Shown piece after piece: positions 1 through 13,855 of a stretch of DNA of 64,000 nucleotides. Positions within the stretch are counted from its first letter, which is position 1. Each line of letters starts with the position of its first letter. Both the position numbers and the translations under genes were made by a program. Location: positions 211,272-275,271 of the forward strand of contig JASGHK010000008.1 of NCBI GenBank assembly GCA_049841135.1, given 5' to 3'. Below the pieces are notes generated by a model that was not told where the DNA came from, made no database searches, and was given only the letters and a program-made list of their open reading frames with translations. This DNA is from Myxococcales bacterium. GTDB taxonomy: Bacteria; Myxococcota; Myxococcia; Myxococcales; UBA5297.

Positions 1-1
1 C

Positions 2-280
2 ACCGACTGCACCGTGACCGTCACCTCGACCATCGCGCTCACCCAGGCCTACTGCCTCATCGCCACCAGCACCTGCGGCACCTCGACCGAGTGCTGCAGC
101 GGGTCCTGCAGCGGCGGCAAGTGCGCGATCGCCGCGACGGGCAAGGCTTGCCGCTCGGCCGACGAGTGCGTGAATGGCGGCTGCAACAACAACAAGTGCT
201 GCGACCTCGGCCCCACGTTCGGGTGCGACCAGACCGCCTGCTGCTACGGCTGCGACGGCGCGTACGACTACTGCCTCTGA
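2..280 (+). CDS. Cysteine-rich secreted protein, C-terminal fragment; the 5' end lies outside the window
   Basis: The reading frame is open from base 2 to a TGA at 278-280. The sequence is very Cys-rich (CCSGSCSGGKC, CNNNKCCDLG, CCYGCDG) and resembles the Cys-rich modules of the large secreted proteins further along the window. Confidence 0.4.
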   Translation, partial: TDCTVTVTSTIALTQAYCLIATSTCGTSTECCSGSCSGGKCAIAATGKACRSADECVNGGCNNNKCCDLGPTFGCDQTACCYGCDGAYDYCL

Positions 281-474
281 GCCGACGCGCCTCCGCGGCG
301 ATGCCGACCACCGGCCGGCACCGGGTCGTGGTCCTCGGCGGCGAACGCGGTCGGATTTCGAGTGCAGAAGGTATGTCGGTGGGTACCGACACACCTTCTG
401 CAGTCCGCAGCGACTCAAGACTCAAGGCCCGTCGACTCCACCAGGCCTACGCTCGCGCCGACCGCGGCGCTACC

Positions 475-1975
475 ATGGGGCCCGCCATGACCGCGCGCAC
501 CGTCTCCGACCTCCCCCAGCCCATCGTCCGCGCCGCCAGGCTCGCGCCGGTCCCCATGTACCTGCGCGCCATCTTCAGCCGGCTGCCCGAGCCGCTCTCG
601 CTCGACGCGGAGATTGGCGGCGCCCCCGAGCACATCCCGCTCGCGGCCCGCCAGCTGCTCAAGCTGGGCCTGCTCAGCGAGCAGCTCCAGCTGCGCTCGG
701 CCAGGCAGACCGACGACGGCGTCCTCAAGCTCACCATCTCGCGCAGCGGCAAGGCCTTCACCCCCACCCTCGACGAGCTTCTCCCGCGGCATCACCGTGG
801 TGGCCCAGGCCATCCTCGAGACGCTCTTCGCGCGCGCCGAGGCGAGCGCGATGCTGCAGACCTTCGCCTTCCAGTCCTCGAACCTGGCGACCCTGCGGAC
901 CATCACCAACTTCATGCTCGGGTCCACCGACGTGGACCAGGCGCTCTACATCCTGCTCTCGGGCATCACCTCCGGCTTCTCGCTGGGCTTCAACCGCGCC
1001 GCGCTCTTCGTCTGGGACCCCACCCGCAAGGCCTTCGTGGGCAGCAAGGCCATCGGCCCCTACGACGAGGCGGACGCGCACCGCATCTGGGAGGCCATCG
1101 AGGAGGAGGACAAGGACATCGAGGCCCTCATCCGCGACTACGCCCGGCGCAACTTCGACACCCGGTTCCAGCAGTACGTCCAGGGGCTGGAGCTGGCCCC
1201 GGCGGGCGGCGTGGCCGACGAGGTCACCCGCGCGCTGCTCTCCCCGCAACCGGTCCTCTTCCGCCAGGAGCTGGCCATCAACCCGGGCCTGAAGAAGCTC
1301 GGCGCCGGCGGCGAGTACGTCCTGGCCAGCCTCAAGCCGCACGGGCGGACGCTGGGCCTGGTCCTGTGCGACAACCGCTACAACCGCGCTCCGATCTTCG
1401 TCGACCAGCTGACCTACCTGTCCTTCTTCATCGACCAGACCGCGCTCGTCTGGGAGAACCTGGCGCTGCTCAAGAGCGTCGAGGAGCTGGCCCGCGTCGA
1501 CGCGCTGACCGGGACCTTCAACCGCCGCGAGCTCGAGAGCCGGCTGCGCTTCGAGCTGGCGCGCTGCCAGCGCCACGGCCGCCCCTGCTCGCTGCTCATC
1601 GCCGACGTCGACCTCTTCAAGCAGGTCAACGACCAGAAGGGCCACGAGGCCGGCGACGAGGTGCTGCGCCAGGTCGGCTCGCTCCTGCGCGAGGCGACCC
1701 GCGCCGACGACGTGGTGGGCCGCTACGGCGGCGACGAGTTCGTGGTGGTCATCCCCGAGGGCTCGCACGAGCACCTGGTGCCCTGCGCCCAGCGGGTGGG
1801 CGCGCTCGCCCAGGGCCGCGGCATCTCGCTCTCCATCGGCGGCGCGACCTGGCCGACCGACTGCGCCCAGCCCGCGGACCTGCTGTCCGCGGCGGACCAG
1901 TGCCTGTACCGGGCCAAGGCCGGCGGCCGCGGCTGCGCCTGCGTCCCTGGACAGGACCCGATTTCATACCGGTAG
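475..1975 (+). CDS. GAF-GGDEF diguanylate cyclase, frameshifted near nt 790; the frame 614/851..1975 holds the GAF and GGDEF parts
   Basis: The GGDEF signature RYGGDEFVV and the surrounding motifs LIADVDLFKQVNDQKGHEAGDEVL are present, with a GAF-like region upstream. A plausible N-terminal extension (MGPAMTARTVSDLPQPIVRA...) sits in another frame (ATG 475) and joins at about nt 780-800, which implies a 1-nt indel. An alternative in-frame ATG lies at 851. Confidence 0.7.
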
Positions 1976-2013
1976 CGCTAAAATCGCTGGCGCTGCCCAC
2001 CCTGGAGGCTCCG

Positions 2014-4983
2014 ATGCGCGCCTCGCACTGCTCCCTTGCCGCCTTCGCCACGGTCCTCCTGCTGGCCGGCGCCGCCCGCGCCGCCGAGGTCGACGCCTTC
2101 GGATTGGGCGACGGGAGCTGGGACGGGACGAGCCTCAATGGCGTCATCAACCGCGTCGCCGTCGTCACCGACAACATCACTGCAGGCACCAAGGCGCCCT
2201 TCGGCACCGCCGACGGCGCCGGCCCCGACAACTTCGCGGCCAACGACCTCGTCCTCCTGTGGCAGCCCACCGGCCTGTCCGCCGAGCCTCCGGTGAATCA
2301 GGCCACCACGCCGCTCGGCAGCGAGCGCGTCGGCCGCTGGGAGATCGCCCGGGTGGCGACCTTCAGCGGCAACAACATCACGCTGACCGCGGCGACGACC
2401 TACAGCTACACCGCCAACCGCGCGCAGGTCGTCCGCCTGCCCCAGTACGCCAACGTCAACGTCGCCGGCAGCAGCACGGTCAGCGCCACTCCCTGGAACG
2501 GCAAGCGCGGCGGCATCGTGGCGTTCCTCGCGACGGGCACGGTCACCGTCGCCGGGTCCATCTCCGCCGACGGCGCGGGCTTCCGTGGCGGTGCGGTGTG
2601 GGACAACGACCTCAACTCCGGGTGCAACAACGACTTCGGAAGCCGCGAGGACGGCTATGCCCAGAAGGGCGAGGGCGTCTACTGGGAGCTGTATCGCGCC
2701 AACGCGGGGGCCACCGACCACATGCAGGGCCGCAGCTCCATGGCCAACGCGGGCGGCGGCGGCGACTGCCACAACTCCGGTGGCGGCGGCGGCGGACACG
2801 CGACGCGCGGGGGCCAAGGCGGCAACTCTTGGGACAACGACCGCTCAGTGGGCGGGGCGGGCGGCGGCGCCCTCGACGACGTTCCGCCCGACCGGCTGGT
2901 CTTCGGCGGCGGCGGCGGCGCCGGCGAGGAGAACGACAACCACGGCACGGGCGGCGGTGCGGGCGGCGGCGTGGTCTTCATCCGCGCCAAGTCCCTGGCC
3001 GGCGCGGGCAGCGTCAACGCCAACGGGCAGACCGCCTCCAACACCAGCGGCGGTGGTGACGATGGCGCGGGCGGCGGCGGCGCAGGCGGAACGATTGTCG
3101 TTCGGCTGACCGAGACTGCGTCCTGCGGGGGCCTTTACGCCCGGGGTGGCAACGGCGGCAACGCCGCGGGCGGCTGCGGCAGCGGCGGCGGCGGCGCAGG
3201 CGGGCGCGTGTACCTGCAGGCCACCTCCATCGCTGCGTGCGCCACCACCGTCACTCCCGGCTCGGGCGGCACCGGCGGCAAGGCCGGCTCGACCGGCACG
3301 GCGGGGACCCCCGAGCCGCCTCCGCCCGGCGGCTACTGCTGGGCCGGCAGCACGGTCTGCGCCGCCCCGACCCCCAACTGCGACACCAACCTGGGCAGCT
3401 GTGCGGAGTGCGCGAGCAACGCTCAGTGCGCCTCGGTTTCGGGCAAGCCCATCTGCGACGCGGTGACCCGCACCTGCCGCGCCTGCACGGAAGCCGACTG
3501 CGACGGGACGTGGCGCTGCAACACGAACAGCGGCGGCTGCGTCGAGTGCCTGAGCAACGACGACTGCTCCAACCCGAGGCCCACCTGCTCGCCGACGTTG
3601 AGTTGTGTCGCCTGCACCAACAACGGCGACTGCACCATCGGCGCCAACCTCATTTGCCAGACCGCTCCCCCCTTCAACGGCAGCTGTACGGAGTGCGCGT
3701 TCGACGACGTCAACTACTGCGACTCGACCGAGCCGGCCTGCAACCTGACCCTCGGCACCTGCTCGACCTGCACCGGCGACCTGGGCGCGACCGGCGCCGT
3801 CGCCCCTTGCGCGACCACCGCCAAGCCCGCCTGCGGCAGCGACGCGCTGTGCTACCCATGCACGCCCGCGACGGCGGCGACGTGGTGCACCAACCCCGCC
3901 ACCCCGGCCTGCAGCACCTCGGACAAGACCTGTACCGCCTGTGACGCGGACAACAGCACGACCGGCGCGATCGCGCCTTGCCCGGCCACGACCGCTCCGG
4001 TCTGCACCTCCGGCCGGTGCTACCAGTGCTCGGCCGCCAAGCGTGCTCTGTGCGCCCTCGACAAGGCGTGCAGCACCAGCGGCACCTGCGGCGACTGCAC
4101 CGCCGACTACGGCAACGCCTCGGCTACGGCCCCCTGCCCCACCGACGCGCTGGCTTGGTGCGTCAGCGGCACCTGCCACGAGTGCACCTCGGGCCACCTG
4201 TCCCGCTGCGACACGTCCAAGCCCGCCTGCAGCTCGAGCGGCCTCTGCGCGAAGTGCGACTCGGACTTCGGCGACACCACCCATGACGCGCCCTGCCCGT
4301 ACGTCTCCCTCCCCGCCTGCGAGAGCAACGGCCAGTGCCTGGAGTGCAACGCGGACAACCGCTCCTTCTGCACCCCCGACGAGCCCGTCTGCCTCGCCAA
4401 CGCCACCTGCGGCTGCGACACCGACGCCGACTGCCGCTCGCTGGGCAACAACCTGCGACTGTGCGACGCGACGACCCACACCTGCTTCAACGGCTGCCGC
4501 GGCGGCGCAGACGACCTCTGCCCCGCCGGCCAGCACTGCAGCTCCACCGACACCACGCCAGGTAACTGCCTGATCGATCCCGGCGCCGACGCCGGCCTGC
4601 CGGACGCCGGTCCGCCGGATGCGGGCCAGCCGGACGCGGGTCCAGCGGACGGCGGTCTGGCCGATACGGGCACGAACGAAGACGCCGGCGCTGCCGACAC
4701 CGGCATCGTCGAGCCGCGGGATGCTGCCCTCCGTCCCGACGCGACCGTCGAGGAGGACGCCTCGGCTCTTCCGGACGCTGCGCTCGCCGAAGACTCGGGG
4801 GTCGTGGCTCCTCCGGACGCCGCGGTGGCCGACGACGGTGGAGCGCTCATCCGTAAGGACGCAGGCTCGGGGCCGGCGGTCTTCGATCTCGGCGGCTGCG
4901 GGTGCGCCAGCACCTCCGGGGCATCGATGGCGCCGTGGGCGCTGCTGGGCCTGGTGATGCTGGCGGCCCGACGCAGGAGCTGA
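2014..4983 (+). CDS. Large secreted protein: signal peptide, Gly-rich beta-helix-like region, about 25 Cys-rich repeat modules, a PDAG low-complexity linker and a MYXO-CTERM-type tail
   Basis: ATG 2014 has a GGAGG ribosome-binding site 5 nt upstream, followed by the signal peptide MRASHCSLAAFATVLLLAGAARA. Long GGGGxGG tracts are followed by repeated CxxCxxxxDC...C modules. The tail ends GGCGCASTSGASMAPWALLGLVMLAARRRS (Cys-Gly-Cys, hydrophobic helix, Arg cluster), which matches the MYXO-CTERM pattern. The six-frame ORF 91..4983 is an upstream read-through artefact. Confidence 0.8.
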   Translation: MRASHCSLAAFATVLLLAGAARAAEVDAFGLGDGSWDGTSLNGVINRVAVVTDNITAGTKAPFGTADGAGPDNFAANDLVLLWQPTGLSAEPPVNQATTPLGSERVGRWEIARVATFSGNNITLTAATTYSYTANRAQVVRLPQYANVNVAGSSTVSATPWNGKRGGIVAFLATGTVTVAGSISADGAGFRGGAVWDNDLNSGCNNDFGSREDGYAQKGEGVYWELYRANAGATDHMQGRSSMANAGGGGDCHNSGGGGGGHATRGGQGGNSWDNDRSVGGAGGGALDDVPPDRLVFGGGGGAGEENDNHGTGGGAGGGVVFIRAKSLAGAGSVNANGQTASNTSGGGDDGAGGGGAGGTIVVRLTETASCGGLYARGGNGGNAAGGCGSGGGGAGGRVYLQATSIAACATTVTPGSGGTGGKAGSTGTAGTPEPPPPGGYCWAGSTVCAAPTPNCDTNLGSCAECASNAQCASVSGKPICDAVTRTCRACTEADCDGTWRCNTNSGGCVECLSNDDCSNPRPTCSPTLSCVACTNNGDCTIGANLICQTAPPFNGSCTECAFDDVNYCDSTEPACNLTLGTCSTCTGDLGATGAVAPCATTAKPACGSDALCYPCTPATAATWCTNPATPACSTSDKTCTACDADNSTTGAIAPCPATTAPVCTSGRCYQCSAAKRALCALDKACSTSGTCGDCTADYGNASATAPCPTDALAWCVSGTCHECTSGHLSRCDTSKPACSSSGLCAKCDSDFGDTTHDAPCPYVSLPACESNGQCLECNADNRSFCTPDEPVCLANATCGCDTDADCRSLGNNLRLCDATTHTCFNGCRGGADDLCPAGQHCSSTDTTPGNCLIDPGADAGLPDAGPPDAGQPDAGPADGGLADTGTNEDAGAADTGIVEPRDAALRPDATVEEDASALPDAALAEDSGVVAPPDAAVADDGGALIRKDAGSGPAVFDLGGCGCASTSGASMAPWALLGLVMLAARRRS

Positions 4984-5160
4984 CGGGCGACGGCCCTTCC
5001 CCCTCCCAACTGCGGGAGGGGGCTCGTCCCCTGCCTTCCTCACCCTGGTCGGAGCGCTTCGCGCCACTGCCCGCGTGCTCGATGCACGCGGTTCGCCGGC
5101 GACGGCGATCATCACCGCGCCGCCGACCGCTCGAGCCGATCAGCTCCTCGCGCCGAGCAA

Positions 5161-5856
5161 CTACGCCGACGTGGCGCCGGACCCGTTGGGCCCCTCGCGC
5201 TTGCTGCGCGCGCGCTCGCGCAAGAACTCGACGACCGCCGGCAGGACGGAGATGAGCACGATGGCGATGATCACCACCGAGAAGTTCTTCTGCACCCAGG
5301 GCAGGTTCCCGAAGAACCAACCGGCGGCGATGCAGATGCCCACCCAGGCGACGCCGCCGATGGCGTTGTAGCTGATGAAGCGCCAGTAGCTCATCTCGCC
5401 GATGCCGGCGACGAAGGGGGCGAAGGTGCGGATGATGGGGATGAAGCGGGCGATGATGATCGTCTTGCCGCCGTGCCGCTCGTAGAAGGTGTGCGTCTTG
5501 TCCAGGTGCTTCTTGTTGATGAACTTGCCGAAGACCGCGGGGCCCATCTTCCGGCCGACCCAGTAGTTGACGGTATCGCCCAGGAACGCGGCCACCGTGA
5601 TGAGCGCGAAGAGCGCCAGCGCGGAGACCCCGGGGCTGATCGCGCCGTCGAGGGTGAACGAGCCCTTGGCGGCGAAGGCGCCGGTGGCGAAGAGCAGCGA
5701 GTCGCCGGGCAGGATGGGCATCACCACCAGGCCGGTCTCGCAGAAGATGACCAGGAACAGAACGAGGTAGGTCCAGCCCCCGAACATCTGGAGGGCCTGG
5801 TCCAAGTACTTGTCCAGGTGCAGGAAGATGTCGATGAAGGTCTTGATGAGTTCCAT
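5161..5856 (-). CDS. dedA: DedA/SNARE-associated family membrane protein
   Basis: 231 aa with multiple transmembrane helices. Typical DedA motifs are present (FGGWTYLVLFLVIFCETGLVVMPILPGDSLLFATGAFAA; RFIPIIRTFAPFVAGIG). Confidence 0.85.
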   Translation of the reverse strand: MELIKTFIDIFLHLDKYLDQALQMFGGWTYLVLFLVIFCETGLVVMPILPGDSLLFATGAFAAKGSFTLDGAISPGVSALALFALITVAAFLGDTVNYWVGRKMGPAVFGKFINKKHLDKTHTFYERHGGKTIIIARFIPIIRTFAPFVAGIGEMSYWRFISYNAIGGVAWVGICIAAGWFFGNLPWVQKNFSVVIIAIVLISVLPAVVEFLRERARSKREGPNGSGATSA

Positions 5857-6027
5857 GGAGTCCTTGAGCGCTTCGTTCGGCGTCTTGCCGAAGTAGTCGG
5901 TGGTCGGCCGGCTGCTTTGAAGGGCCCTCTTCTACCGGAAGGATGGAGCCCGGTACAGGAACAAGCCTTGGCCCGAGGCCGGACCCTCCCAACAAATCGG
6001 GCGCCGCCTCGATTCCCGGACGAGCAA

Positions 6028-6059
6028 GGGCCCGGACCGCGCGGTGGCGGTCCGGGCCC
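6028..6059 (-). terminator. GC-rich hairpin immediately 3' of the PFOR gene; candidate intrinsic terminator with no U-tract
   Basis: A perfect 13-bp inverted repeat gggcccggaccgc / gcggtccgggccc with a 6-nt loop, about 40 nt downstream of the PFOR stop on the minus strand. The lack of a U-tract is common in high-GC genomes. Confidence 0.35.
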
Positions 6060-6096
6060 CTAAAGCCTGCAGCCTAGAGCCTACAGCCTGCTTCTC

Positions 6097-9685
<3,589 letters not shown>

Positions 9686-9841
9686 TTACTGCCTCCGATG
9701 AAGGTTCTTCTGAAGCGACGCTTCCGGGCCTGGGGACGCCCGGTCGATGCGGTGTTTGTTGTGGGGGGAAGAAGGGCGAAAAGGGGCGTCGGTCCGGAGG
9801 GGAAGGAAGCGCCGGACCGAGGCCCCGTCGAAGTCTCTCTC

Positions 9842-10835
9842 TCAGTCGAAGCCGACGAGCATCTTGATGTACTGGCTGCGCTCGAAGGCCTGGGCCTCGG
9901 GGTTCTGCTTCTGGGACATCAGGCCGCGGATCTCGTCGATGGAGCCGTACTCCTTGGCGCGCATCCAGGCCTCCATCTCCGCCAGCATGTGGGCCAGGTG
10001 CTGCTCCTTGTTCTTGAACAGGGCCGAGCAGACCATCGCCACCCGGGCGCCCGCGAGGATCATCTTGATGGCCGTCTGGCCGTCGTGGATGCCGCCGGTG
10101 GCCGCCAGCTCGACGTTGCCGACGCGGCCGTTGAGCAGGCCGATCCACCGCAGCGCCAGGAGCGAGTCGTCCGGCTGCGACAGGTGCAGGCGGCTGACGG
10201 TCTTCATGGCGAAGATGTCGATGTTGGGCTGGTAGAAGCGGTTGAAGAGCACCGCCGCGTTGGCGCCGCGCTTGCCGAGCTCGTTGACGAAGTGGGGCAG
10301 CGAGGTGAAGGACGGGCTGAGCTTGATGGCCAGCGGGATCTTCACCGCGGCGCGGACCTCGGCCACCGTGTCCAGGTACTCCTTCTCCAGCTGGGCGCCG
10401 CTCTTGGCGGGGTCGACGGGCAGCGTGTAGAGGTTGAGCTCGAGCGCGTCGGCGCCGGCCTCGGCGATCTTCTTGGCGTACTTGCCCCACTTGCCGCCGT
10501 GCGCGCAGTTGAGCGAGGCGATGACCGGGATGTTGACCGCGCGCTTGGAGTCCTCGACCAGCTTGAGGTACTCGCCGGGGCCGACCTGGAAGTCGATGTC
10601 GGCGAACATCCGGGTGGCCTCGGCGCTGACGGCCTCCATGGAGCTTCAGGTCCTGGTTGAGCCTGGCGGCTTCGGCTTCGATCTGCTCCTCGAACACGGA
10701 CTTGAGGACCACCGCGCCGGCGCCGGCCTCCTGGAGCTTCTGGAGCTTCTCGGGCGAGTCGCACAGCGAGGAGCTGGAGACGACGAGCGGGTTGCGCAGC
10801 TTGAGGCCGAGGTAGGTGGTGGAGAGGCTGGTCAT
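9842..10835 (-). CDS. Dihydroorotate dehydrogenase-like (PyrD/DHPD family) FMN flavoprotein, frameshifted near nt 10635
   Basis: The N-terminal part MTSLSTTYLGLKLRNPLVVSSSSLCDSPEKLQKLQEAGAGAVVLKSVFEEQIE (start 10835) is in one frame. The C-terminal part (ORF 9842..10639: ...NIPVIASL...KIPLAIKLSP...ATGGIHDGQTAIKMILAGA) is in the +1 frame. The junction lies at ctgaagctccatggaggccgtc. Confidence 0.7.
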
Positions 10836-11063
10836 CGCGATGTTCCCCTTTTTGGCATTGCGTGATCGGCGACGTGGCGGGCGCAAGCTACCGCTTGGAC
10901 CGGCGTCCGCCAAGCGTTTCCCAAGGCTCCTCGAGGGTGTCCTGAAGGGCCCTGGGGCAGCCCTCGTCGAGCCCCTCCGCAACCACGCGTGCCGATTGAA
11001 GATTCCCGTCGGACGGACCGCTCGCCCCGACGGAGCGAACCGCCTGCCCGAAAGGGGCGGGTT

Positions 11064-11150
11064 GGGGCTTCGGGCTGCAGGCTTCGGGCTTCGGGCTTCG
11101 GGTCGGGTGAGGGTCAAGCCACCTGAGGTCCGAAGGCCGAAGCCCGCGGG
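11064..11150. repeat. REP-like intergenic repeat of the GGCTTCGGG family with palindromic arms
   Basis: The sequence reads ggggcttcgggctgcaggcttcgggcttcgggcttcgggtcgggtgagggtcaagccacctgaggtccgaaggccgaagcccgcggg. It shares the core GGCTTCGGG(N)GTCAAGCC with the repeats at 30898..31027 and 63509..63681. Confidence 0.5.
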
Positions 11151-12057
11151 CTATGGGTCGTTCGAGGCGGACGGACCGACCTGCCGGCCGGGCCCCGACA
11201 GCCGGGATTGCAGCCAGGCGCGAAGGTCGGGGTCGTTCTCGATCTGGGCCAGGTGCCGGGGCTCGACCTCGCTCCCGCGGCGCACCAGGGCCGCCACGGC
11301 GAAGGCCTTCAGGCGCAGGTCCGGGTCGCTCAAGGCCCGGTGGAGCGCGGCGTCGACCCGCTCGCCCACGAGCCACCCCATCAGGTCCAGCAGCGCGGTC
11401 CACCCGCTGCGCTCCTGCAGGTACTCGGCCTGGCGCTCCCAGCCCGAAGGCTCGGCGACGCGCAGCCGCTCGACCGCCGCCCGACGGGCCTCCTCGGCGG
11501 CGAGCACCCGCTCGACCTCACCCGACAGGCGCTCCAAGGAGAGCTCACCCTCGGCGCACAGCGCGCTGGCGGCGTCGCAGACCTCGGCCACCAGGGCGGG
11601 GTGCGCGACCAGGCCCAGCGCCGCGGGGAAGACCACGTCCAGGTGCCGCGGGTCGTCGAGCAGCGCGTCCAGGCCGACGGCAGGCAGCCTCGGCGCCGTG
11701 GCGGCTGGCCAGCGCGAGCCAGGCCTCCGCCGAGCGCCGGTCGCCGATGCGCAGCAGCAGGCGGAGCGCGTCGACCCGGGCCTTGGGCCCGTAGCGGGCG
11801 AAGGAGTCCTCCACCACCGGCACGTAGACCCGGCGCGGCGTGCGCGCGGCCGCCCAGAGGAGGTCGCAGGCCGTCTCCCGGCCGTCGGGACCGGGCGGCC
11901 AGGTCTCGGCCGCGGCCTGCAGCGCTCGCAGGGACTCGACGGTGTTCAGGCCCAGCCGGCTGTGGCTCATGAGGTCCGCGGCCGCGGCCGCGCGCTCGCC
12001 GGGCGCAGCGCTCCGGAGTGCCGCGAGGGCCTTGTCTAAGTCGAACCGCGCCGCCAT
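11151..12057 (-). CDS. Hypothetical protein with alpha-helical repeats, apparently frameshifted near nt 11690
   Basis: ORF 11545..12057 (MAARFDLDKALAALRSAAPGERAAAAADLMSHSRLGLNTVESLRALQAAAETWPP...) loses protein-like character after about 125 aa. ORF 11151..11636 in another frame (MVFPAALGLVAHPALVAEVCDAASALCAEGELS...) continues with similar composition. Reading the two as one gene requires an indel. Confidence 0.45.
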
Positions 12058-12138
12058 GACCTCGCCCCTGCCCCCGACGTCCGGGAACGTTCCCGAAGGC
12101 CGGCATTGTGCTCAAAGCGCCGCCGCGCCGCCAGCCTT

Positions 12139-12750
12139 TCAGGCCCAGCGCGCCACGAACGTCGACTCGGTGGGCGTCCAGCGCTCCAGGCTCACGTTCG
12201 GGCGGCGGGCGCGCGAGAGCTCGAGCGCGACCGTGAAGGCGACGGCCAGGCCCTGCGCTGCCTTCTCCCCGAAGAGCCGGTCGGGGTAGTCGAGCGCGAC
12301 GCGGGCGGTCAGCTCCTCGGAGCCCACGAGCTTGAGCCGCGAGCCGTGGTGGATGACGCCCCAGTAGGCCGACGAGAGCGCCAGCGCGAGCGTGGGGGAG
12401 GTGAAGTTCATCACCACGCGCATGACCGGGTTGGTGAACAGCTCGCGGTTCTTGGCCGCCATCCAGCGCGCGAACCCGGGCTCGTCGAGGCCCAACAGGT
12501 CGGCCACCGCGAAGATGCCCGCCCAGGAGACGACCTCGGGCACCCAGGCGCTGTTGGCCGGCGGGGTCAGGAAGAGCGCCTCGACCGGCGCCGGCAGGTC
12601 GGCGCCGCGCACCTTCTCGACCGGGACGCCCGCGGCGTAGCTGCGCACCAGCGTCCCCTTGGCCTTGCATTCCGGGTGGCTGTCCAGGCCCGCCGGGAGG
12701 CTCTGGAGGTGGTTGGCGAGCCATGCGAAGCGCTTGGTGTCGAAGGCCAT
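12139..12750 (-). CDS. Hypothetical protein of 203 aa with no recognised domain
   Basis: A clean ORF with protein-like composition (MAFDTKRFAWLANHLQSLPAGLDSHPECKAKGTLVRSYAAG...) and codon bias matching its neighbours. Confidence 0.55.
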   Translation of the reverse strand: MAFDTKRFAWLANHLQSLPAGLDSHPECKAKGTLVRSYAAGVPVEKVRGADLPAPVEALFLTPPANSAWVPEVVSWAGIFAVADLLGLDEPGFARWMAAKNRELFTNPVMRVVMNFTSPTLALALSSAYWGVIHHGSRLKLVGSEELTARVALDYPDRLFGEKAAQGLAVAFTVALELSRARRPNVSLERWTPTESTFVARWA

Positions 12751-12841
12751 AGGCGCGCAACCTTAGCGCTATCCGACGCGCTTTTCAGGGCTATCATCCG
12801 CGGCTTCCGGCGGGAGCGAGAGAGGGCGCGAGGGACGCGGC

Positions 12842-13651
12842 ATGGCACGGCGGCGCGAGAGCAAGTGGGAGCGAGCGGTGCGCGCCGCGGGGCCGAAGGG
12901 CAGCCTGCCGGTGGACAAGCCCGACTGGATCGGCCGGGCGCTGCCCCGCGCCGGCGTCCTGACTCCGCACGAGGCCGAGCGGGCCATCGTCGCCGGCCGG
13001 GTGCGCGTCGCCGGCCGGGTGGTGAAGGAGCCGCTGACCCTGCTCAAGCCGACCGACGAGGTCCGCCTCGACGGCAAGACCGTCTCGCTCGCGGCGCCCA
13101 CGCACGTGCTCGCCTTCCACAAGCCGAAGGGGTGCGTGGTCACGAACCGCGACGAGCTCGGCCGCACCACCGTGTTCGACCTGCTGGCCCGGGCGCTGCC
13201 CCCGGAGCTCTCGGGTTACGGCTGGCACGCGCTGGGGCGGCTCGACCTCGACACCACCGGCCTGCTCCTCTTCAGCAACGACGAGCGGCTGGTGGCTCAC
13301 GCGACGCTGCCGGAGACGCACCTGCCCAAGCGCTACCTCGCCACGGTCCTGGGCACGCCCACCGACGAGAAGCTCGCGCCGCTGCGCCGGGGCCTGAAGC
13401 TCGACGACGGCGAGGCGCGGCCGGCCAAGGCGAAGCTCCGCGGCGAGCACCAGGTGGCCCTGACGCTGACCGAGGGGCGGTTCCACCAGGTCAAGCGGAT
13501 GCTCTCGGCGGTCGGGCTGCCCGTGCGCGCGCTGCACCGCGAGGCGATTGGCGAGCTCGATCTCGACCTCCCCGAGGGCGGCTGCCGGCTGCTCACTGAA
13601 GAGGAAGTCGCGAGGAAGCTGAAGTTCGAGCACGGCCCGCGCAAAGCGTGA
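12842..13651 (+). CDS. RNA pseudouridine synthase, RsuA/RluB/RluF family
   Basis: An S4-like N-terminal region precedes the catalytic motif HALGRLDLDTTGLLLFSNDERL and FHQVKRML. A GAGGGA ribosome-binding site lies upstream of ATG 12842. Confidence 0.85.
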   Translation: MARRRESKWERAVRAAGPKGSLPVDKPDWIGRALPRAGVLTPHEAERAIVAGRVRVAGRVVKEPLTLLKPTDEVRLDGKTVSLAAPTHVLAFHKPKGCVVTNRDELGRTTVFDLLARALPPELSGYGWHALGRLDLDTTGLLLFSNDERLVAHATLPETHLPKRYLATVLGTPTDEKLAPLRRGLKLDDGEARPAKAKLRGEHQVALTLTEGRFHQVKRMLSAVGLPVRALHREAIGELDLDLPEGGCRLLTEEEVARKLKFEHGPRKA

Positions 13652-13855
13652 CAGCGGAATGGCCCTCCGAGGCCGGAGCCCGACACCCCGAGCCTGTCGG
13701 GGGGCCAGCCCTCAACCGTTCCGATCTATCCGCTGAGCGGTCGACGTTCCGGCGTCAGTCCGCTGAAGATAGGCAGGTACTTTGTGACATGAAATCCGCC
13801 CCTCGCGCGGGCCACCGGCGCGAGGCTCGGAACGAGTTGTGGCATCTTCTGCCGC

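Noticed and set aside
91-4983. A 1630-aa six-frame ORF spanning the GGDEF gene and the Cys-rich protein
   Set aside because: The first roughly 640 codons are an out-of-frame read across the GGDEF gene and have a low-complexity Arg/Pro-rich composition. The real gene starts at ATG 2014, which has a ribosome-binding site and a signal peptide.
2845-5115. A 756-aa ORF on the minus strand, plus many other long antisense or alternate-frame ORFs (e.g. 6169..7947+, 7892..10660+, 16406..18259-, 31116..33305-, 31088..33367+, 49670..50950-, 54590..58960-, 58588..61584-, 59037..61901+)
   Set aside because: These are typical high-GC artefacts. They have Arg/Ala/Gly/Pro-rich compositions and lie antisense to or out of frame with genes that carry recognisable domains. 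None has domain signatures of its own.
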